Source: an uncultured Phycisphaeraceae bacterium (GTDB lineage Bacteria > Planctomycetota > Phycisphaerae > UBA1845). From it: 64,000 bases of DNA. The stretch lies in assembly GCA_964424105.1 (NCBI GenBank), contig CAYRHJ010000030.1, positions 54,227-118,226 of the forward strand, in the 5' to 3' direction. A program made the position numbers and the translations under genes. Position 1 is the stretch's first letter, and the number at the start of each line of letters is the position of its first letter. Shown piece after piece: positions 8,616-17,313 of this stretch. The notes beneath the pieces were generated by a model that was not told where the DNA came from, did no database searches, and worked only from the letters and a program-made list of their open reading frames with translations.

Positions 8616-10853
8616 ATGCTGAGAGGTTTTTCATTTCTGCGTGTGGTTAGCGCCGTTTGTATCGGTGCGTTTCTTACGTCATCGTCGCTATTTGGACAGG
8701 TCATCAGGCCTGGGTTTTCAAAATTTCCCGCGGACGAGGCTGCGCAGGCTGCGCAAGCTGTTCAACCGCCTGGGCAGGATCGCGTCAGTGTCCTTGTGCA
8801 CCTTGCGCCGGGGGTCGATCGCGGACCGGTTCGGCAATTCGCCGCTACCCAAGGCGGATTCGTTCAGTACGAATATGACATACTTCCTAACGTCATCAAT
8901 ATTCGGAATTTGCCCGCCCCGGCTTTGAACGGTCTTTTGCAGACGCAGGGGGTGGTCCGATGGGAAGAGGATAAGCAGGTTCAGGCCCACATGAACGACA
9001 GCACCCCGCTGATCCGGGCATTGCAAAGTCAAATCACCGGCGCGGGTTTGTCAGCGGATGGCACGGGTGTTCGGGTGTGCGTCATCGACAGCGGCATCGA
9101 CAGCGACAGCGCGATGTATGCGACGCGTATCGATGCGGCTGCGGGACGTGACTTTGTCAACAACGACAACAACCCCGAAGATGACAATGGTCACGGATCG
9201 CACGTCGCAGGAACAGCCTTGGGAGGCGACACCTTATCGGTCAACTTCGGGTGCGTTGGTTCGGAACCGTTTCAGGGTGTCGCGCCGCGGGCGACACTGA
9301 TTGGCTTGAAGGCGCTGGACTCGGGCGGCAGCGGGAGTTTTTCAAACATTATCGCCGCCATCAATTACGGAGCGAATCAGACGGCGTCGGGCGGTCGTTG
9401 TGATGTGATCAACATGAGCCTGGGTGGCGGGGCATTCAGCGGAACCTGCGACGGCGATAGTGCTGCGGCGGCGGCCAACAACGCCGTTGACGCCGGAGTC
9501 GTCGTGGTCGCGTCTTCCGGTAATGAGGCCAACAGCAACGCCATGGGAACGCCGGCATGCGGGTCGAAAGTGATCGCCGTCGGAGCGACGTACGATGACA
9601 ACTATCCCAATTGCGAGTTCCCGAGCCAGAGCACATTCGAATTCTGTGTTTGTGTTAATATCTTCTGTTGCGGAACCTGCGTCGACAACTCGCCCAGCGT
9701 TGACCAGATCACCTGCATGAGCAACCGCAGCACTCAACTGGACGTCACCGCGCCCGGGTGCATTACGTTCTCGGCTGATTCCACCGCGTCGCCCAATGGT
9801 CTTGTCGGCTTCTGCGGCACGAGCATGGCCTCGCCGCACGTGGCAGGTCTGGCGGCCCTGCTGCTGGATGCCGATCCCAGCTTGACTCCGGCGCAGGTTC
9901 GTCAGCTCATTCGCGACGGAGCGATCGACCTGGGCGCCACCGGCTTTGATACCGTTTACGGCTGGGGCCGGATCGACGCGATCAATTCGCTGTCGCTCGT
10001 GACGCCTGAAGTATGCGGCAATGCTAACTGCGGACCCGGCGAAGACTCCTGCAACTGTCCTTCCGATTGCGGTGCCCCTCCGGGAACGGAGTCCAACTGC
10101 AACGATAGCATCGACAATGATTGCGATGGCAACGCCGACTGTGCGGACACCGATTGCTCCGGCGATCCCGCGTGTATCTGCGATGACGACGGCACGTGTG
10201 AACTCGGCGAGGACTGTAACAACTGTTCCAACGACTGCATCAGCGGAACATCGGGCGGCGGAGCCGTTTGTGGCAACGGGCTTTGCGAAGCCGGAGACGG
10301 TGAAGACTGCGTTTCCTGTGCCGCCGATTGCAGGGGCGCACAAAATGGACCACCCAGCGGTCGGTTCTGCTGTGGTGATGGTGATGGACAGAATCCGTTG
10401 CCGTGCAGCAATTCCACGTGCACAACAGGTGGCTGGAGTTGTACAGACGTTCCCTCCGGCGGCGGTGTCGCGTTCTGTTGTGGCGACGCGATCTGTGAAG
10501 GGAACGAGGACGCCACCAATTGTGCCATCGACTGCGCGACGGGATGCAGCGTCCCGGCGGATTGCAGTGACGGCGTCGGGTGCACCGACGATGACTGTGT
10601 GGGGGGCATCTGTGTGAACAGCGCCAACAACGCCAATTGCCCCAACGATGGCTTGTTCTGCAACGGGACGGAATTCTGTAGCGCCGTCAATGACTGCTCA
10701 TCGACGGGCAACCCCTGTTCGGGTAGTCAGACTTGCAATGAGGCGACGGACACTTGCGATCAACCGTCGTGCGGCGGGAACAAGGCTCCGTGCTCCGTCA
10801 ACGCGGACTGCTGCTCGTTGAATTGCAAGAGCGGACAATGCAAGGGTAATTAG
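8616..10853 (+). CDS. Secreted S8 subtilisin-like serine peptidase with an I9 propeptide and a long Cys-rich (EGF/knottin-like) C-terminal domain.
   Basis: Triad motifs VIDSGI, HGSHVAGT and GTSMASPHVAG are present. Start was set at the ATG after the gggagg SD, giving signal peptide MLRGFSFLRVVSAVCIGAFL. The C-terminus contains more than 60 Cys including FCNGTEFC and CCSLNCKSGQCK. Confidence 0.85.
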   Translation: MLRGFSFLRVVSAVCIGAFLTSSSLFGQVIRPGFSKFPADEAAQAAQAVQPPGQDRVSVLVHLAPGVDRGPVRQFAATQGGFVQYEYDILPNVINIRNLPAPALNGLLQTQGVVRWEEDKQVQAHMNDSTPLIRALQSQITGAGLSADGTGVRVCVIDSGIDSDSAMYATRIDAAAGRDFVNNDNNPEDDNGHGSHVAGTALGGDTLSVNFGCVGSEPFQGVAPRATLIGLKALDSGGSGSFSNIIAAINYGANQTASGGRCDVINMSLGGGAFSGTCDGDSAAAAANNAVDAGVVVVASSGNEANSNAMGTPACGSKVIAVGATYDDNYPNCEFPSQSTFEFCVCVNIFCCGTCVDNSPSVDQITCMSNRSTQLDVTAPGCITFSADSTASPNGLVGFCGTSMASPHVAGLAALLLDADPSLTPAQVRQLIRDGAIDLGATGFDTVYGWGRIDAINSLSLVTPEVCGNANCGPGEDSCNCPSDCGAPPGTESNCNDSIDNDCDGNADCADTDCSGDPACICDDDGTCELGEDCNNCSNDCISGTSGGGAVCGNGLCEAGDGEDCVSCAADCRGAQNGPPSGRFCCGDGDGQNPLPCSNSTCTTGGWSCTDVPSGGGVAFCCGDAICEGNEDATNCAIDCATGCSVPADCSDGVGCTDDDCVGGICVNSANNANCPNDGLFCNGTEFCSAVNDCSSTGNPCSGSQTCNEATDTCDQPSCGGNKAPCSVNADCCSLNCKSGQCKGN

Positions 10854-10878
10854 CGCGATCGGTCCTTTTCAAGCGAAC

Positions 10879-10920
10879 AGCGGCGGGTCGACCGAAATGG
10901 CGGCCCGCCGCTTTCTATCG
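10879..10920 (+). terminator. Putative intrinsic terminator of the S8 peptidase gene.
   Basis: AGCGGCGGG...CCCGCCGCT inverted repeat (9-bp stem) followed by TTTCTAT, 25 nt after the stop at 10853. The loop is long, so confidence is moderate. Confidence 0.4.
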
Positions 10921-11335
10921 AGTTGACGGTCGAAATCGATTTCGTGTACCCCGTCGGAATGCCCAGCTTCAAGACGCACTGGGGAGGACTCAATCGATCA
11001 TCGTGTGTTAAGGCAAGAGATGAATCCTTGCCAGCACCTGTCGCATGACCAACCTGAACACATCGCACGTCGCCGTCGCAATCACGTAACCTTGCGGGTC
11101 GGCGAGTTGAAGCGCGAGCAATCGGGTCGTACGAAGGTCAACGATCGATCGCTAGCGGGCATCGATCAGTATGTCATCAATCTGTGTGATGATTTCAACC
11201 ATGGCATGTCACTCCGGTTGGGTGTCTGGGAAAGCGCCTCGAGATTGCGGTCTTTTGCCGTTCTGCGGAACAGCGGTCGGCGTACGGATGAAGTGGACCG
11301 TTGAGCCGCAAACGTCTTCACACGCGATCAAAACG

Positions 11336-11413
11336 CTACGCAGGAATCTGGTCGATGAACGAGGCCAATGGACCCATAATTTCGACGAGCCAAGTCAGTA
11401 GCGAATTGAACAT
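11336..11413 (-). CDS. Candidate small ORF, 25 aa hydrophobic peptide MFNSLLTWLVEIMGPLASFIDQIPA.
   Basis: Consensus SD AAAAAGGAGAATCAC lies immediately upstream of the ATG. It sits in a 1.15-kb stretch otherwise lacking convincing ORFs. Confidence 0.25.
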   Translation of the reverse strand: MFNSLLTWLVEIMGPLASFIDQIPA

Positions 11414-12008
11414 GTGATTCTCCTTTTTGAAAGACGGGTTAGATTTGGAAGCTGTCGACACTCCCTTCTTGCGAATGAAGCACTCGGCCAGCCTCTTTCC
11501 CCTCGGAAATGCTAGGGCAATCATCGGTATTCCCCCGGTTCAACTTGAGTCGGAACAACTGTAACCTTCCGTGTGTGCTGGTTTTGTGCGTTTGCACAAT
11601 GCGATTTCGATCCGGAAATCGGCAAACACGCCAGCCGGAACCCCCGCCAACCAGTTTTAATTCGGCGGTGCAACAAGTCGTGGCGAAGTTCGAATCTCGC
11701 GATTTCGACATTGCCCGTGGGAAAAGGAAGGCGATGTGTCAATTTGGGGGGGATAATTGTGAGAATTTCCGTGACGATTGTCCAGGGAATTGGATTGCTT
11801 GTCGATCGGGAACGGGCTGGTTAGGATCAAGTTGGATGAAAGGCGTTTCGAGACTTTCGTCCGCGCCTTCCGCGAAAATAAACGGTATGCGGTGTCCTGA
11901 TTTAGGAACCGTTCCGTGGCGGTGGAGGTTCGGTCAAAAGTCGGACGTTGCAGGACGGGTCGAAACACCTGTGGCTGATGCGATGGTCGCGACGAACCGG
12001 GAGGTTCA

Positions 12009-13838
12009 ATGTCCATGTCCCAAATCGAGAGGGCGGTTCGGCAGGCGAGGTCGCGTTTGACGGCCAATCGCTGGTTGGATCAAGTCTGTGTCACGCTCGC
12101 GACGGCCGCCGGAATCTTTGCAGCCATATCGGTATTGGTCCGTCTATTCGACGTTGCGTGGCCATTGGGGATGTTGGCGGCTGGGCTGGTCATTGTCGCG
12201 GTGGGCGGTTCCATTATTTGGGCTTTGTTGACACGCGTGGACCTGGCGGGCGCAGCCGTAGCGCTGGACCGGGCGGCGGGTTTGAAAGAACGGATCAGCA
12301 GCGGAATGTATTGCAGTCAGGGCAGCGACCCGTTTGAAAAAGCGGTGTTTGCCGACGCGGAGCGAACGGGAGGCCAACTGCACGTGGCCAGTCATTTGCG
12401 ATGGCAAGCGCCGCGTCGCCTAGGTGGCGCATTGACCGCGGCGCTCGTGGCTGCGGCGACGTTATTGATTCCCCGCGGCCTACTGGCGGGTGACGAAGCA
12501 ACCACACACACTCAACAGGACACGGTTCGCACGGCTGCGGTCGTCAAGCAACGCACGGAAGACATCAAAAAGGCGGCCAAGACCAATCCGGAACTCAAGG
12601 CGTTGGCGGAGGAGTTGGAAGCGCTGGGCGAAGTACCGGATCAGCGGAATTTTACGCCCACGGACATTCGGCACGCCGCCCTGAAAAAGCTGGATCAGAT
12701 GCAGGACATTTTGAAGCAGCAAAAGGGCAAGGACGAATTCAAAAACGCGCAGGAATTGAAGAAGATGTTGCGGGCATTGAATCCTTCCGAAACGCCGGAC
12801 ACGCCCGTGAAGAAGCTGACGCAAGCGCTGGCCCAAGGCGATTTCAAGGCGGCGCGGGATCAGCTTCAACAGATGCAGGAGCAACTGGCGAAATTAACCG
12901 ACCCTGCCGACGCCCAGAAGCTCGATTCGATGAAAAACCAGTTGGATGAATTGGCGAAGAAACTGGAATCATTGGCCAAGGCGGAAGATTTGGAGAAACA
13001 GCTTCAGCAGTCCGGCATCAAGAAGGAAGACATCGAACGGATGTTGAAACAGTTGAGCAAGAAGGACTTGGAACAGCTTCGCGAGCAGCTCGAAAAGCAA
13101 GGCATGTCGCAGAAAGATATTGAAAAGCTGGCGAAACAATTGCAGCAGCAGGCCGGCGCCCGACAGATGGCCCAGAACTTGGCGAAGAGTATGCAGCAGG
13201 CGGGCCAGGCGGCTGGCGAGGGGAATCCGCAACAAGCCATCGGACAAATGCAGGGGGCGGCGGATCAACTAAGCGAGATGGAAATGCTGGAGCAAGAGTT
13301 GAGTCAAATGGATTCCATGATCGCCGACCTGCAAGATGCCAAGAACGACATGGGGAATCCTTGCGGTCAATGCAGAGGGACGGGCATGGAGGGCAAGAAA
13401 CCGTGTGGCCAATGCAGCGGTAGCGGCACGCAGGGCGGCGGCGGCATGGGGTCGAAGATGCAACGGGGCCAAGGTGGGATCGCCCGAGAAGAGCACACGC
13501 CGGCGGATTTCGTCAAACGGCGGGAGAAGGTGAAGACAGGCCGAGGCGCCATTGTCGGGCAATACCTGGTGGATGCCGATCAGATTCGCGGCGAGGTAAC
13601 AAGCTCCGCGCATGAGATTGTGACTGCGGCTGAACGCGACGCGGCCGAGGCGATCAACCGGGCGCGTATCCCGCGTCGATATCATCAGTCGGTCAAACGA
13701 TATTTTTCCGACCTTCAAGAAAAGCTGGATCGCGAAAAAGGCGAATCCAAGTCGTCCGGCACTGCGGATGATGATTCCAGGAACGGCGATTTGAAAAACG
13801 GCGATTCGAAAAACGGCAATTCTTCGAACACACCATAG
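12009..13838 (+). CDS. Membrane-anchored coiled-coil protein with a C-terminal C4 zinc ribbon. N-terminus has two TM helices. BatD-like position; function unknown.
   Basis: SD gggaggttca precedes the ATG. Two N-terminal hydrophobic helices, a long K/E/Q-rich coiled coil, and CGQCRGTGMEGKKPCGQCSGSG, a DnaJ-like CxxCxGxG pair. Confidence 0.7.
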   Translation: MSMSQIERAVRQARSRLTANRWLDQVCVTLATAAGIFAAISVLVRLFDVAWPLGMLAAGLVIVAVGGSIIWALLTRVDLAGAAVALDRAAGLKERISSGMYCSQGSDPFEKAVFADAERTGGQLHVASHLRWQAPRRLGGALTAALVAAATLLIPRGLLAGDEATTHTQQDTVRTAAVVKQRTEDIKKAAKTNPELKALAEELEALGEVPDQRNFTPTDIRHAALKKLDQMQDILKQQKGKDEFKNAQELKKMLRALNPSETPDTPVKKLTQALAQGDFKAARDQLQQMQEQLAKLTDPADAQKLDSMKNQLDELAKKLESLAKAEDLEKQLQQSGIKKEDIERMLKQLSKKDLEQLREQLEKQGMSQKDIEKLAKQLQQQAGARQMAQNLAKSMQQAGQAAGEGNPQQAIGQMQGAADQLSEMEMLEQELSQMDSMIADLQDAKNDMGNPCGQCRGTGMEGKKPCGQCSGSGTQGGGGMGSKMQRGQGGIAREEHTPADFVKRREKVKTGRGAIVGQYLVDADQIRGEVTSSAHEIVTAAERDAAEAINRARIPRRYHQSVKRYFSDLQEKLDREKGESKSSGTADDDSRNGDLKNGDSKNGNSSNTP

Positions 13839-13844
13839 GTATCC

Positions 13845-14861
13845 ATGAACCGGTCGGCGGCGCGTCTCCATTACATGTGGCTGCGACGATCGGCGTGGCT
13901 CGTTTTCGTGGCGGGCTGCTCCCGCACGGAGCCGGACGTGGTTGTTTATTGCAGTGTCGACGAGACCTTCGCTCGGTCGATCATCAGCGAATTCGAAGCC
14001 GGCAGCGATATCGAAGTCGGTCTTCTAACCGATAGCGAGGCGGGCAAGACGACGGGGTTGTTGACGCGAATACGGGCCGAAAAGAACGCCCCCCGAGCCG
14101 ACGTTCTGTTTTCCGGCGAAATTTTCGGCACGATCCAATTGGCGAACGAGGGGCTGCTTGCGCCATACGAATCCCCCGAGGCCGCGGACATCCCCAGTCA
14201 GTTTCGAGACGCGAAGAACCGATGGACAGCGATCGGTTTGCGTGGCCGAGTGTTGGTCTTCGACCCGCGACGCGGATCGGCCGACGCGTTTCCCAAACGC
14301 TGGGAAGACCTGGCCGAGGCGCCGTGGGTTTCGCGTGGGGCGATCGCCAACCCGCTGTTTGGAACGACTCGCGGCCACGTGGCTGCGATGTACTCGCATT
14401 GGGGCACGGAACGCGCGGAAGCATTCTTGCGAAAATTGCGAGCGGGCGGTTGTTTGATCACCGACGGGAACAGTTCGGCGGTGCGAGCCGTTATGGACGG
14501 TCGGGCGGATTGGTGCGCGACCGATACGGACGACGTTTGGGTGGCACAGAAGGACGGCGCGTCTATCGATTTGATCTACCCCGACATGGGCCACGGTGAT
14601 ACGTTGTGGATTCCCAGCACGGTAGCGCTGATCGCGAACGGGCGCCAGCCGGCCAATGCCAGGCGACTCGCGGATTTTCTGATATCCGCCGAGGTTGAGC
14701 GCATCTTGGCGGAGTCGGAATCGCGCAACGTGCCGGTGCGCCCCGAACTGCGGCGGTTGATGAACATCGATCATCATTTCACATCAAATATCGATTATGC
14801 CGACATCGCGGCGCACCTGGATGAAAGTGATCGTGCGGTTCGCGAAATACTTCTACGATGA
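13845..14861 (+). CDS. ABC transporter periplasmic substrate-binding lipoprotein of the FbpA/AfuA (Fe3+) or thiamine type.
   Basis: Lipobox LVFVAGCS. The VVVYCSVDETFARSIISEFEA start is typical of family-1 SBPs. The stop overlaps the next start (ATGA). Confidence 0.75.
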   Translation: MNRSAARLHYMWLRRSAWLVFVAGCSRTEPDVVVYCSVDETFARSIISEFEAGSDIEVGLLTDSEAGKTTGLLTRIRAEKNAPRADVLFSGEIFGTIQLANEGLLAPYESPEAADIPSQFRDAKNRWTAIGLRGRVLVFDPRRGSADAFPKRWEDLAEAPWVSRGAIANPLFGTTRGHVAAMYSHWGTERAEAFLRKLRAGGCLITDGNSSAVRAVMDGRADWCATDTDDVWVAQKDGASIDLIYPDMGHGDTLWIPSTVALIANGRQPANARRLADFLISAEVERILAESESRNVPVRPELRRLMNIDHHFTSNIDYADIAAHLDESDRAVREILLR

Positions 14862-16405
14862 CAGGCCACGCGACGCGGCGGGTGGTCTTGTGGCTCGGCG
14901 GGGCATTGATCGTGCTCGTCTTGTTACTGCCCACGGCTGCGTTGTTGATTCGCGGCGGCTTGGGCGAGATCAGTTCCACGGCGAGCCTGTTTCCTTCCGA
15001 TCGACAGTTAGGCTTGTTGTTCAAGACCATCACGCTTGCCGTCTGCGGAACCCTGTTGGCCACGGTTTTGGCTATACCGGGTGCATTCGTGATCGGTGGG
15101 TCGCGGCGATTGACGCAGTTGCCATTCTTGACCGCGTTAATCGTTCTGCCGCTGCTGCTGCCACCGATGGTGATGGCCTTCGGATGGCAAAAAATCCTGG
15201 GAGCCCATTGGTCCACATCCTGGTCGCCGCTGTTCCGAACGGTGTGGATTTGGGCGTCGTGGGCCTGGCCCATCCCGGCGTTGATACTGGGGACGGGCTG
15301 GTCCCGTACCGGCCGCGACATCTACGAATCCTCCATTCAGGAAACGACCGCGTTGATCGCATTTGTTCGCGCGGTCTTACCGAGCTTGTCACGCCATGTA
15401 TTGCTGTCCGGCATCATCCTGATGGTTGTGTTCCTCGGTGAATACACGATTCCGCATGCCAACGGCGTGTTCGTGACCGCCAGCGACCTTGTTGACATCG
15501 TCGGCTCGACCGCTCCCGAACAGGGCATCTCCGCCACGTTGTACGCGTCGATACCGCTTACGGGCATCAGCCTGCTCATGTTGATCATCTGTCGGCTGAT
15601 CTGGCCCGCGGCGATGCAAGATCGCGGCTATGAAGGCCGGGTCACCGTCTCCACGCGATACGCGGCGCTCACCGTATCGGTCATTTTGGTCACCACCGCC
15701 ACACCCTTGTTCGTGCTGTTCTGGCGGCCGCAGCTTCCGCAGGAGCTGCTGGAAACGTGGACCACCTATTCGGGCGAGTTAGTCGCGACGTGGGGCATGT
15801 GCCTATTCGCCGGCGTGCTGGGCACAGTCATCGGTTTGACGATCGCGTTACAGCGGGGATGGCGCTGGCCGGCCATGCTGGTGGCGATACCCGCCGCGGT
15901 CGTTCCCGGTGCACTCGTGGGCATTGGAATCCTGGCGGCCTATCAACCGGGTGACTGGAGCCGACGGGCACCGTTCATCGCGGACGCGCTCGGTTGGGTG
16001 TATAACCATTGGCCCATCGTCACGATGGGAATGGTAGCGCGGTATTCGTGGGTGGCGATTCTGGCTTGCTGGTTGGCAACGAGGAACAACCCGCGTGCAT
16101 TAACCGATCAAGCCCATTCAGATGGGATGGATGAAATGCGGCTATTATGGAACGCGGCCCTCGTTCGGAATTGGCCGCTCGTCTTGGCGGGAGCGCTTCT
16201 GACATCATCGTTGGCCATGTCGGACCTGGCTGTGGTGGATGTTGTGCGCGTGCCCTGGCCATCCCTGGCCAGCACGATCTTGATCGAAAAGTTCCACCGC
16301 TTTGAATCCGGAATGTTGGCGTCCATCAGCCTGATGTTGGTCGCGGCAGCCATACCGGGCGCGATTCTTGGCTATGTCGCGTTGCGTCGCCGGTCCGCAA
16401 AATGA
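14858..16405 (+). CDS. ABC transporter permease with duplicated permease domains (FbpB/ThiP-like).
   Basis: 515 aa with about 12 TM segments and two EAA-like permease halves. ATGA start/stop overlaps on both sides. Confidence 0.8.
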   Translation: MTGHATRRVVLWLGGALIVLVLLLPTAALLIRGGLGEISSTASLFPSDRQLGLLFKTITLAVCGTLLATVLAIPGAFVIGGSRRLTQLPFLTALIVLPLLLPPMVMAFGWQKILGAHWSTSWSPLFRTVWIWASWAWPIPALILGTGWSRTGRDIYESSIQETTALIAFVRAVLPSLSRHVLLSGIILMVVFLGEYTIPHANGVFVTASDLVDIVGSTAPEQGISATLYASIPLTGISLLMLIICRLIWPAAMQDRGYEGRVTVSTRYAALTVSVILVTTATPLFVLFWRPQLPQELLETWTTYSGELVATWGMCLFAGVLGTVIGLTIALQRGWRWPAMLVAIPAAVVPGALVGIGILAAYQPGDWSRRAPFIADALGWVYNHWPIVTMGMVARYSWVAILACWLATRNNPRALTDQAHSDGMDEMRLLWNAALVRNWPLVLAGALLTSSLAMSDLAVVDVVRVPWPSLASTILIEKFHRFESGMLASISLMLVAAAIPGAILGYVALRRRSAK

Positions 16406-17313
16406 ACCGAACCGCGTACCTTTCATCTTGCGTAGGTCTTTTGATCATCGGCTGCGATGGTGCCTCGCTGCCTTCCGCCGAAAAGGTGACCGTTTTCGGT
16501 AATCCCGGATTGGGGCCGGGCGCGTTTGCCTATCCTCGAGCCTTGGCCCGCACCAGCGATGGACGGATTTATGTGGTCGACAAAAGCTCCCGCATACAAC
16601 GATTCACCGCTGACGGCACGTATGAAACATCCTGGAAAACGCCGGAATCCGCAGCCGGAAAACCCGTCGGCCTGTCGGTGCATCCGGATGGTCGCGTGTT
16701 CGTTCCCGATACGCATTACCATCGCGTGCTGGTGTACGATAGCGAGGGGCGCGAGTTGGCTCGTTTCGGCGAGTACGGTGACGGGGATGGACAGTTCCTG
16801 TTGCCCACCGATGTCGCGTTCGATTCCGCCGGGAAGATTTACGTGGCCGAATACGGCGGCAATGACCGCGTGACGCGATGGTCGGGTGAATTCCAATTCG
16901 AGCGGGTGATTATTGGTGGTGATTCGGACGAACAACAGATGCGTCGGCCCGCGGCCATTCTGATCGACGCGGAACAAGCACTGTGGGTCGCCGATGCCTG
17001 CAATCATCGCATCCTGCAATTCAATCTCGACGGCGTCTTGCTGACGTCGTTCGGTTCCATGGGGCGGGACGCGGGCCAGTTACGATATCCCTACGATCTG
17101 GACATGGATTCGGATGGACATCTCGTGGTCTGCGAATACGGCAACCACCGCATTCAATGGTTTGATCGAAAGGGACGATCCCTGCGAGTTTGGGGCGAAC
17201 CGGGCCGCGACGTTGGCCAACTGAATTCGCCCTGGGCCGTCGTTTGCGGTCTCGACGGTCAGGTTTACGTACTGGATTCGCTAAATGCCCGGGTGCAGAT
17301 CATCGCATGGTGA
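16402..17313 (+). CDS. NHL-repeat (six-bladed beta-propeller) lipoprotein.
   Basis: Lipobox LLIIGCDG. Repeated YP.GLA....G.IYV.D..N.RIQ.F NHL units are present. Confidence 0.75.
   Translation: MNRTAYLSSCVGLLIIGCDGASLPSAEKVTVFGNPGLGPGAFAYPRALARTSDGRIYVVDKSSRIQRFTADGTYETSWKTPESAAGKPVGLSVHPDGRVFVPDTHYHRVLVYDSEGRELARFGEYGDGDGQFLLPTDVAFDSAGKIYVAEYGGNDRVTRWSGEFQFERVIIGGDSDEQQMRRPAAILIDAEQALWVADACNHRILQFNLDGVLLTSFGSMGRDAGQLRYPYDLDMDSDGHLVVCEYGNHRIQWFDRKGRSLRVWGEPGRDVGQLNSPWAVVCGLDGQVYVLDSLNARVQIIAW

Noticed and set aside
8378-8650. 90-aa Cys-containing ORF between the radical SAM gene and the second S8 peptidase (a tempting RiPP precursor).
   Set aside because: The stretch is AT-rich with TTGACA-N17-TAGTTT-like promoter spacing just upstream of the peptidase SD. 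There is no SD for the ORF itself, and the ORF overlaps the better-supported peptidase start region.
9342-10711. Minus-strand ORFs of 333 and 251 aa, and a 198-aa + strand ORF, inside the second S8 gene.
   Set aside because: They are antisense or out-of-frame to a gene with clear catalytic-triad motifs, and their composition is Ala/Gly/Arg-rich with low complexity.
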